Shown here: piece after piece, positions 52,372-60,227 of the stretch | How positions within the stretch are numbered: position 1 is the stretch's first letter | Layout: each line of letters begins with the position of its first letter | Origin: Macrostomum lignano | Taxonomy: Eukaryota | Length of the DNA: 64,000 nt | Reading direction: 5' to 3' | Assembly (NCBI GenBank): GCA_002269645.1 | Contig: NIVC01000261.1 | Span: 62,001-126,000, forward strand | The notes under the pieces: model-generated | The model's database searches: none | What the model was told of the DNA's origin: nothing | What the model saw: the letters and a program-made list of their open reading frames with translations, nothing else | Program-made: the position numbers and the translations under genes

Positions 52372-53655
52372 CTACACGTAGTCTAGAATAACCTGACGAC
52401 CGCGAGTGATTTGCACAGTATTGTCAAAGTAGCCAAACACCAACACGTTGATTCCTGCGGCCAAGGCAGCAGAAAACTTTATTTGTAGCGTCAGATTCCC
52501 TCGCTCGCGAGGCATGCTATGCCCGCCCAGCTCCATGTCGGGCATGAGATTCCAGGCGAAGAAGCAGTAGCCAGCTCCATAGTCGGAATATGATACGTCA
52601 ATATCCAGGTCCCGATTCATCTTTCCTAGGCTTTTTAGTAGCATGGCATACTCGCGAGCATAGTTATGAACACCGAATCGAGGAGTAAACGGTTGTCCAC
52701 ACAGACTGACTCCGTCCTTATACAGAGCGACACTGTCGGCACCAAATGGCTCAAAATTAAACGGGTTATGTGTAGCCACACCGTTGTATGCGCCGCTGTT
52801 CACCATGCCAACAACCACTAGTTTAGGCTTTTGTTCAGGAAATATATTATTGATTGACATGTCCCGAACACCGCCAGCCACTGAAGTATTGTGCACAACA
52901 AGTCGCTCAATCGGATAGATTGCATTCTGTTTGCCTAGTTGTTCTTCAATCTCCAATGCCAATTGGGGGTTTGCCTTGACGCGGCGCACATGTAGTTTGG
53001 CACTCTCGAGTACTAGCCGCGCATCAACCCCGTCCGCGTGGTTTTCCAGAACGAAGCCGGAATTGTGCATGGTCAGCGTAATTACCATATCAGTGTATGG
53101 CAGTAGCATTCGGTCGTTGGTAACAAAAAAGTCTAAACTAAGAGGTCCATAAAGGTGAAAGGTGCGTGAGTTTGCCGCCATCGCCTTGCGGGCTACAAAG
53201 CCAGGATTTCCAACCACAGCCATTTGACCTCCAGCGTCCTTTGCGTAGCCCATCATTCTCAGTTGATTAGTTTTTGAATCGTGTCCGTAATTCAAACACG
53301 TGAGAATATAGGCCTTGTAAGCGTGGTTGTTATTGCTCGACTCTACGTGTGTCCCGTTGATTGTCAACGTGACGTTTTTAAACATGCTTTCAAGGACGTA
53401 ATTGACCGGCGCAACATTCGAATCAGCAGCAAGATTTGTACCATTAGACTGCTTAACGCGGGCCTTAATCTCGAGGTCAATGTCGTTAAGATCGATAAAC
53501 GTCTCACCACCAACAATCCTAAATTCGACCACGCTGGCATTTTCAACACTGGCAACAGGGTGAACTTCTTCAGTGGTGGCGCTAATTGCAGCAATTTGGT
53601 GTGCGCGAGGAGCAAAAAGCTCGAATTCCGACTTTGTACACAGGCACTCAGTCAT
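52372..53655 (-). CDS. Major capsid protein (double jelly-roll, Polinton PY/hexon-like), 427 aa
   Basis: N-terminal C.KSEFELF..P..VEF.I.G...IDL; VAPVNY.L.SMF; P..VVVGMV..AYNG...NPFNF; GYCFFAWNL.PD; GN..L.IKF pattern of Polinton MCPs. Confidence 0.9.
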   Translation of the reverse strand: MTECLCTKSEFELFAPRAHQIAAISATTEEVHPVASVENASVVEFRIVGGETFIDLNDIDLEIKARVKQSNGTNLAADSNVAPVNYVLESMFKNVTLTINGTHVESSNNNHAYKAYILTCLNYGHDSKTNQLRMMGYAKDAGGQMAVVGNPGFVARKAMAANSRTFHLYGPLSLDFFVTNDRMLLPYTDMVITLTMHNSGFVLENHADGVDARLVLESAKLHVRRVKANPQLALEIEEQLGKQNAIYPIERLVVHNTSVAGGVRDMSINNIFPEQKPKLVVVGMVNSGAYNGVATHNPFNFEPFGADSVALYKDGVSLCGQPFTPRFGVHNYAREYAMLLKSLGKMNRDLDIDVSYSDYGAGYCFFAWNLMPDMELGGHSMPRERGNLTLQIKFSAALAAGINVLVFGYFDNTVQITRGRQVILDYV

Positions 53656-53698
53656 TTTTCATTCAACAGCGGCTTAGTGTGGTGCTCTAATAGACAGA

Positions 53699-54067
53699 TC
53701 AGTTATTGGCACGGGTTTTTTTATTTATAGAGTCGAAAATATCAGAATGCTGCAGTCTTTTTCTCGTTTTTTTGTTAGTCATCTTTCTTCGTCTTTGTCT
53801 GCCGCTACCTCGTTGTGCGACTGTGTCCTTGAAAGCATCTTTAGCTGCCTGGACAGAGTTACGCAATGCCGCTTCTTTCAAGTTCCCGCCTTGATCGAGT
53901 GTGTCGCTAACTGTTGTAGCTAGGGCTCGTGTTCCGTGGCGAAGAATATTTTTGCCAAAACTCTTTAAAATTGGCAGGGCAAATCGGGCAATGCTGCCAA
54001 ACAGGCCGTTGCCGCGCTGTGCACCGGAAAATACCGGTAAAGCTCCTCCGATCAAGATTGAAGGCAT
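53699..54067 (-). CDS. Small basic core/membrane-active precursor protein (adenovirus pVII/pX-like; cupiennin-like amphipathic helix)
   Basis: LIGG, QRGNG and QRGSG protease-type sites; amphipathic GLFGSIARFALPILKSFGKNIL; Arg/Lys-rich tail; located between penton and MCP. Confidence 0.65.
   Translation of the reverse strand: MPSILIGGALPVFSGAQRGNGLFGSIARFALPILKSFGKNILRHGTRALATTVSDTLDQGGNLKEAALRNSVQAAKDAFKDTVAQRGSGRQRRRKMTNKKTRKRLQHSDIFDSINKKTRANN
53721..53729 (-). promoter_or_regulatory. TATAAATAA box upstream of the MCP gene (one example of a motif also at 54116, 55321, 56508, 57276, 57559, 59906)
   Basis: About 66 nt upstream of the MCP ATG; embedded in S-I-N codons of the upstream ORF. 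Confidence 0.65.
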
Positions 54068-54111
54068 ATTGTCGATCAGTTGCTACCTTTTATTCGTGAA
54101 AACTTCTTTAT

Positions 54112-55265
54112 TTATAGCTTAATTTCACGAATGTTGATCGATAAAACAGTTTTGCCTCGAAGAATCCGATCCATTAACTTGCCCATATCGTCACAGATTT
54201 GCACCTCAATGGTTTTGAATGGGTGTTTCACCAACGGTAAGTAGGATGGATTGACAAACTCGTAGTACTCTCGTTCGCCGTATACCTTTTCATTCAAAGG
54301 AATTGCCCCAAGCAGGGGACTTTGACGTCTCCAACAATGGCAGAGTCGACAATATTTGAATAGATGTACATAGTTTGTACACCATTTGTTAAATCGATTG
54401 GTCGTTTAGCGGTCTTTGGAGTTTCATTGAAAACATCTTCGCGAAAGCCGAGAATGGCAGCAAGCTCTCCAATGTCGAATAAAATGTTTTCAATGGGTTT
54501 GTACTCACACCGGTTCAGAAAAGGGTTGTAGCGGAATGCATCCACTCTCGTCGCTGGACTTATTGGGAGCTTTGAAACGACGCCCCAAAGCGCTCCATTA
54601 ACATAATTTAAGAGCTCATCAGGCGTGCGGTAGAATCCTTTAGCAATCCGCAGTGACGTTCTAGAAGGCCAGACACTCTTTTCAAACGTTAGAGTCATCG
54701 GACTCTCTATGGAGGAGGAGGACTCCAATTCTATAGCGAATACTAACGAATTTCTTGGGTTTAATAAAAAAGTCGTTACTTCGATATTTGATTTATTTCC
54801 AGCGTCATCAACCTTTTTAAACATGCTACGCACATTACTGGACAGCCTAATGTTCGCACCATACCATGATTTGTTCACAATTGAAATTTGGCCTTCCTGT
54901 GAACGCTCAATGCAAATCATCGCATTATCGTCTTGCTCATATTTTAGATCGGCGATGATTGCATCAACCACTTCGTTGGCTGTTGATAGCCCCGCGGCGA
55001 GAGAAACCGACGCAAACTGTTTATACGTGGAGGCGGGTTTTTCTCTCACCTCAATGTCAATCACTTCATCCTCGGGAGCGTTGGTCAGGACATCAACCAT
55101 TCGATTATCGGGGACGGTTTTGAATTCTTTACAAAAGTAGATCCGTTCGATGCAGACTTCATGATTCGGAAAGTGGAGGGTGTCGGGCAAATTAATGCTA
55201 TAATGTGCCGAATTATTCTCAGGATAGTGCTCAACGCACGCATTGCTAGGTAGGAATAGATGCAT
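54112..55265 (-). CDS. Minor capsid (penton) protein, ~384 aa, with a 1-nt frameshift at GGGG 54315-54318
   Basis: N-term LFLPSN..YPEN..Y.I.LP..L...EV....I; C-term MYIYSNIV..IVGD.KVP[LL] continues in the -1 frame as EF.NP.YLPL.K..F.TIEV.I.DD.G, the conserved Polinton penton end. Confidence 0.85.
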
Positions 55266-55316
55266 TGTAATATACTACACGTTTCGAGTGTATGTGTGTT
55301 CATCCTTGTCTTATAT

Positions 55317-56372
55317 TTATAACTTCCTCAACGGTACAAATGCATTGAACGACTCGGGATAGCCGCGCCAACTAACGAAATGATGAGCGACACCATTGAT
55401 GATGACATTGCGACGCAGAATTTTGTCTATAACAAAGCGGTCTGGTCGAACCGTCTTTGAAAGTTCATTATAGTAGAATCGACCCTCGATTTGTTCTCCA
55501 GATAGGTCGGAAATGCGATAAAAATGAGGCGGTCCCGGGCATACTTGAGACACAACGTAAACTTCTTCGCTGTACATATCGTATGCTTCCTTGTCAAAGG
55601 CTCGACGAGATTTTGAAATTCTGACAAAGTCCCCTTTTTGGTAAACTGGTTCATCATATTCAGGATCCTTGTAGAGCTTTTCCCACAATTCTTTTTGATT
55701 GTGCAGACCGACACTCGAAGGTTTCATATCAATAGTAGAGTGTACTGTGTTGTTGTAACTTTTAACCAATATTGGCAAATAGTCGATCCAACGCCACGTG
55801 TTTTTATGCTCAAAGTAGCGAGCTAAACGTTTTCGGAGAGTCCTAATCAGCCTTTCAGCCATATTTGCCTTGTATACAGAGTTTGTACTGTACATTTTGA
55901 TATTATGGGCTTTCAGTAAGTTCTGCATGCGATTGTTATAAAACTCGGTACCTCGATCAACGTGTAGATATAAAGGCTTAATGGGGAAGTCTTTGATCAT
56001 GCTTTCAAAAGCCTTTGGAGTGTCGCTTTTCAATTTTATTGACTGACAAAAAGCCAATTTACTAAGCACGTCAATTGCAACTAGAATATATCGATGACCA
56101 TCATTCCATTGTTCGTATCGCGACATGTCCATCAAATCCGCTTGCACAGTTTCCATGAAGCCTCCCGACATTACTTTTCCGGTTCGGAATTTTCTTTTAA
56201 CCCTCTTGTGCCGGGTGTAGCTCGATTGGGTCTTCAGCCATTCGTCTGTTTGGCGTCTCGTCAGGGAGGGGACCAGCCGTTTGGCCTCCTGATATACACG
56301 GGCAGCATTTGTAAAAGCGGCGTCCCCCTGTTCGTACACTCTCCGAAGAGCGGTTTTCACCCTCATTCGCAA
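55317..56372 (-). CDS. Retroviral-like (rve, c-int) integrase with C-terminal chromodomain
   Basis: D (QADLMD), D (HVDRGTEF), E (AERLIRTL); YNNTVHSTI.MKP; chromo-like IDKIL..VSWRGYPESFN. Confidence 0.95.
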   Translation of the reverse strand: MRMRVKTALRRVYEQGDAAFTNAARVYQEAKRLVPSLTRRQTDEWLKTQSSYTRHKRVKRKFRTGKVMSGGFMETVQADLMDMSRYEQWNDGHRYILVAIDVLSKLAFCQSIKLKSDTPKAFESMIKDFPIKPLYLHVDRGTEFYNNRMQNLLKAHNIKMYSTNSVYKANMAERLIRTLRKRLARYFEHKNTWRWIDYLPILVKSYNNTVHSTIDMKPSSVGLHNQKELWEKLYKDPEYDEPVYQKGDFVRISKSRRAFDKEAYDMYSEEVYVVSQVCPGPPHFYRISDLSGEQIEGRFYYNELSKTVRPDRFVIDKILRRNVIINGVAHHFVSWRGYPESFNAFVPLRKL

Positions 56373-56503
56373 CTAGATTCGATGCACAGCATGAGTAATT
56401 ACACTTGAACTCCACAGACGGTTTGTCTGAGCAAAGCTTTGAAGTTACAGCTGCGGCACCCATGATCCAAAAACAGATTATAAATCATGAAAATGATTTC
56501 TAT

Positions 56504-57178
56504 TTATAGTTTTTTTAACGTCTCGTATTTTACTGCTGGTTTCTGCCGCCTCTTTGGTTCGCGAAGTTGGTATGAAGCATGCCTGTAGGCATTGCTGCCA
56601 CGATCTTCATATTTTTTAATTTCATTCAGGCCACTGGCTTGGTCTTTGTGGAAGTCGTTGTAGAAATCATTAGTTCCAATTGCTTGCTCGACTAAAAAAT
56701 CGTCTCGATCCGGATCCGTGCCGACTTCTTTTTTCACACTGACTTCTTCTTGTTGGCGTCGTCCTAGTAGAGCTTTTGCAATATCTGCCTCTTCGGCCAG
56801 GGCCCAAAAAGCGGTACTATATTTTGGGCTTGGGCGGTCGCGCCTTTCATTCGATGTAATCTCCTTCAATAGATCGAAAATATTGCTTCCTGGCCAGGTT
56901 TTTCCATCAAATACAATTTCCCACGACTTGTTGTACTCCAAATTTGGGTATCTTTCTGTCAGCATGTCCCAAACACGTTGTTGTCGTTCAGGAAAACGAT
57001 TACTCTTCTTTTGCTTGATCTGACTTAGTTTATTTTGGAGTTGAGTGTTGTATTCAATGAGTTTTTCATATTCTGTTTTGGATGCAATTTCTCGGGGTGC
57101 GCCTTGACTTAGTCTATTAAATTCTTCTTCTGGTACAACAACGTATTTATTCATTTTAGCGACCAAGTAGTCCGCCAA
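56504..57178 (-). CDS. Uncharacterised Polinton-type protein (W..GSNIFDL motif), 224 aa
   Basis: Open 224-aa frame with its own TATA box; the EIVFDG..WPGSNIFDLL motif resembles conserved hypothetical Polinton ORFs as I recall them. Confidence 0.6.
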   Translation of the reverse strand: MADYLVAKMNKYVVVPEEEFNRLSQGAPREIASKTEYEKLIEYNTQLQNKLSQIKQKKSNRFPERQQRVWDMLTERYPNLEYNKSWEIVFDGKTWPGSNIFDLLKEITSNERRDRPSPKYSTAFWALAEEADIAKALLGRRQQEEVSVKKEVGTDPDRDDFLVEQAIGTNDFYNDFHKDQASGLNEIKKYEDRGSNAYRHASYQLREPKRRQKPAVKYETLKKL

Positions 57179-57476
57179 ACAGGCTTGATATTAGCGGTGC
57201 AGCAACAGATGCAAGGATGGGTAGAAAGCCACCGACTTGAGGATTCGAGAGAAGCATATTCTTCTTCCTATTTATAGACAATTTTGTGTCTGCCAATTCA
57301 CGCAACGATCTTCTGTATCGCTTTAATCGCAGATACTGTTTCGGAGAAAGATCGATATTTCCCCGGAGCACGTTGTGACTCAATTCACAGAGACAATGAA
57401 TCAGTTCCTTGCCTGCACCTCGAATAATGGCCCGCCGAAGAGCGGGAGCTCTGCGAGCTCGCCGCGACAAGAACAT
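57156..57476 (-). CDS. Small basic virion precursor (106 aa) ending in a QVGG-cleavable hydrophobic amphipathic peptide
   Basis: CLCEL..NVLRGNI.L...Y.RLKRYRRSLRELA basic helix, then QVGG|FLPILASVAAPLISSLFGGLLGR. The ATG at 57476 fits the TATA at 57559 better than the ATG at 57533. Confidence 0.7.
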   Translation of the reverse strand: MFLSRRARRAPALRRAIIRGAGKELIHCLCELSHNVLRGNIDLSPKQYLRLKRYRRSLRELADTKLSINRKKNMLLSNPQVGGFLPILASVAAPLISSLFGGLLGR

Positions 57477-57639
57477 AGTCTGGAGATTCCGTTTGTCATT
57501 TTGTTTAGCAAAAAGATGTTGGTTGCAGTGCACTGCAATTTATGCACAATATATTTATAGACAATTTCATAGCAGCTTGTACGTACATACAAATTCGGTA
57601 CAGTGGTAAAGCAGTAAAGTTACGCAACAGCTACATGGA

Positions 57640-58118
57640 TTAGACATGCAAAACGCTAGTCACATGATCGTACATTTGACAGAGCTCTTTAAAGTTTCGT
57701 ATTCCAAGGAAAACAAGGCGGCCATTCTTTCCGCATAATAAACATTTAGCATTGCGAAATGGAGACTTTATTACTATTCCATTGAAAACTTCACACTCCC
57801 ACTTCACCCAGCGGGACCGGAGTATGCAATTTGGAAAAAGTTTGGCCATCTGTCTACTTCAGCGCGGTAAGTACTAGTGGTAACAACAACAGAAATTGGT
57901 TTACATTGAGGAAAAAGACGCAAAACTTGGTTGACTGAGCGACAACCGAATACAATTGCAGACAAAGAACGCTGAAAAAAGTTGATTGTACATTTTCCTA
58001 TTCGCAAATTGATAAGAGCTCTTGGTCTGCGAAATGTCCGTGCGCTCGCCCAGTCCAAGTCAGGCATGCGGCTCCATTTCGCGCAAAACACTCGGTTCAC
58101 ACACTCGACGTTCTGCAA
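57640..58118 (-). CDS. Divergent TATA-box-binding-protein (TBP)-like protein, split by a 1-nt frameshift near 57835-57850; no in-frame ATG at its 5' end
   Basis: LQNV..VN..C and INFF..S.IVFGCRS..Q align to TBP repeat 1. WECEVFNGIVIK..KCLLCGKNGRLVFLGIRNFKELCQMYDHVTSVL aligns to repeat 2 ([44 protein letters not shown]). Confidence 0.65.
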
Positions 58119-58303
58119 GTAGATTTTTCGGCAGTTTTTACTTTCGTATCCTTCTTGGGGCTTTCGACCGCTTCTTTGATTCGTTGGCTGCTACTAGTTT
58201 CGATTGATGCTGTCGCTTTCTGGCCTGATTTTAGGCACCTTTGGCTGCTTCTCCTTGACAAGCTTTGGTGGTTTCTTTGCTTTCTTGCTTACTTTCTTGA
58301 CGC

Positions 58304-58846
58304 CTACCTTGATTTTTGGAGGTGGCGTCCAAAGCAACGATCGAATGCCTGTTTGGCTTCTTCGACAAACTGTAGCTGTTGAATTTTTGGCATTGCGGTC
58401 AAAACAGCGTCTCGAATCACGGCCGTGTCGAGAGTAAACAGAATCCTGTAGTAGCCGCTCTTGTTTTTGTAATCCTCTACAGGCAGTCCGTTTTGGTCGT
58501 ACATTTTAAAGTCGTGAGCCAGCCCAAACGCTGCACTGTCACCTCCAAACGCTGGGTTGTAGCCCAGCAGAGCTAGACTTTCGCTGGAAAGGTGCTCCGC
58601 CACAGTGTTGAAAGTGTAGGGTATGCAGCTTTCAATGTGTTTTTGTGCAATGATGATGAATTCGCGACCTTCGTTGTCAGTACGCACGCCCTTGACGATC
58701 AAAACAGGGACCGCATTGGCCAAGTAGAGAGGTCCCTGTTCGTCATATTCAATGTCAAACGTTTCAACCCCGTTGAAGCTCGGACCTCGCGGTTTGAGTG
58801 CCAGCAGCTCTCGCTTGACGCAGTTGAAGTCTTGCACTGTCTCCAT
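58304..58846 (-). CDS. Putative OB-fold single-stranded DNA-binding protein (T7 gp2.5/DUF2815-like), 180 aa; probable Lys-rich tail in the -1 frame to 58194
   Basis: YDQNGLPVEDYKNKSGYYRILF..KIQQLQFVE resembles the D.N..PI.D...SG.Y.R...N.Q pattern of gp2.5-like SSBs; own TATA at 58915. Confidence 0.4.
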   Translation of the reverse strand: METVQDFNCVKRELLALKPRGPSFNGVETFDIEYDEQGPLYLANAVPVLIVKGVRTDNEGREFIIIAQKHIESCIPYTFNTVAEHLSSESLALLGYNPAFGGDSAAFGLAHDFKMYDQNGLPVEDYKNKSGYYRILFTLDTAVIRDAVLTAMPKIQQLQFVEEAKQAFDRCFGRHLQKSR

Positions 58847-58941
58847 GTCTCTTGTCTGTTTAGAAAAATTTGCAGGTACGGGCGCTTGCAGATGCTCCGG
58901 GCTGGTGCTTATATACCCGAGAGTCTCAATAAGTTTTTGTT

Positions 58942-59478
58942 TTAATTACACGATAACGAGCTTTTTACAGAGTTGTCGTTATCGAGGATTCCGGAAAAAA
59001 TGAACCTTTTGTTCCTATTTTCGGGTGCTGGCGTTGGAGGTGTGCTGAAATCCTTGCTCCAAGTTGCTGGTAGTTCAAGCTTTGGCGGCCTGTTCCTCTT
59101 GTGCTTTGGCAGCCAAAAATTCCAAATCTTTTGTTGCTCCTCCCACGACGGATTATACAGATCTTGATGGTTCCGAAAACGTATTTTTTGGCGATGCTCT
59201 TCACTTAGTATCGGAGCCAGTAATCTCTCCATTCGTGCTAAATCAGCTTTGAATCTCATTTTGTCCCGTAGTTGCTCATTTATCCTGGCTGCTGCGTAGT
59301 CTTGGCTGTCGTAGGGGCCTTGATCAATTTCCTCGACCTTGGCATTGAAGGTGACTAATCGCTCAGAAATCGGTTTGCTGTGGCAAATGCACAACCAGTC
59401 AGCAGATTTTTTCAAGGCCTCATATTCGTCTTTTTCCTCGTTCGATAATAGGGGGTAGTCTCTGGAAATCCAGCTCAT
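58942..59478 (-). CDS. Hypothetical viral protein, 178 aa
   Basis: ATG-initiated ORF with upstream TATATAAG (59607); no recognisable domain. Confidence 0.6.
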   Translation of the reverse strand: MSWISRDYPLLSNEEKDEYEALKKSADWLCICHSKPISERLVTFNAKVEEIDQGPYDSQDYAAARINEQLRDKMRFKADLARMERLLAPILSEEHRQKIRFRNHQDLYNPSWEEQQKIWNFWLPKHKRNRPPKLELPATWSKDFSTPPTPAPENRNKRFIFSGILDNDNSVKSSLSCN

Positions 59479-59670
59479 TTCTCGTCAAGCACTTGCTGCG
59501 TTGTTCGCACTAGTGGTGGGGATGTTATTCGAGCTTGAAAAACTGTCGAGAATCCGAGAAAAATTTGCAGGTACGGGTGCTTGGTGCCCCTGGTTGGTGC
59601 TTATATACCCGAGAGTCTCAATAAGTTTTTGTTTTAATTATATGTTAACGAGCTTTTTACGGTGTTGTCG

Positions 59671-59838
59671 TTATCGAGGATTCCAGAAAAAAGAGACTTT
59701 TGTACCTATTTTCGGTGTTGGCGTTGGAGGTGTGTTGAAATCTTTGCTCAAAGTTGTTGGCAGTTCATGCTTTGTCGGTCTGATCCTCTTGTGCTTTGGG
59801 AACCAAAAATTGCTTGTCAAACACTGCGTTTTCCACAT
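59671..59838 (-). CDS. 55-aa ORF paralogous to the C-terminus of the 178-aa protein
   Basis: MWKTQCLTSNFWFPKHKRIRPTKHELPTTLSKDFNTPPTPTPK.. versus NFWLPKHKRNRPPKLELPATWSKDFSTPPTPAPE; TATAAATAAG at 59906-59897. Confidence 0.5.
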   Translation of the reverse strand: MWKTQCLTSNFWFPKHKRIRPTKHELPTTLSKDFNTPPTPTPKIGTKVSFFWNPR

Positions 59839-60227
59839 GATTGGGTTGTTAATTGAACTTGGTGAATTTAGATAAGCGGCCGAGAATCCAAATTTTCTTA
59901 TTTATAGTTTGCTGTCTGAACAAAGTTGGTTTGGCATCTTGTTAAACGAGAATATTTCATGCATAGAAGTTTGTGTTTTCAGACCTTGATGACGTGTCTG
60001 GCTATAAAGTTAGCATTGTGGCTCGACCGGGTTGTTGCGTAACACTGCTGCAGGTAGCTATAGCGGCCAGCGCAGGGCAGAGGGGTGGACAGCGGCGATT
60101 TACTGGCTGACTGACTCATCATGCCTCCGCGCGGGGCCACCAATTAATTGTGGGGGTCAAAGAATATTTTCTTGGATGGGTGGGCGCTACAATTCTGTGC
60201 GTACACGAAGTTTGGTATATAAACAGC

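Noticed and set aside
54310-54320. Programmed -1 ribosomal frameshift in the penton
   Set aside because: No X-XXY-YYZ slippery site; a homopolymer indel is simpler
51850-59875. Plus-strand ORFs within the viral element (e.g. 53281-53730, 54709-55140, 59501-59875)
   Set aside because: Antisense shadows of well-supported minus-strand genes, with no motifs or promoters
55310-59906. Baculovirus late-promoter ATAAG within some viral TATA boxes
   Set aside because: Present in only four of nine boxes and expected by chance in TATA-rich sequence; not enough to name a helper virus
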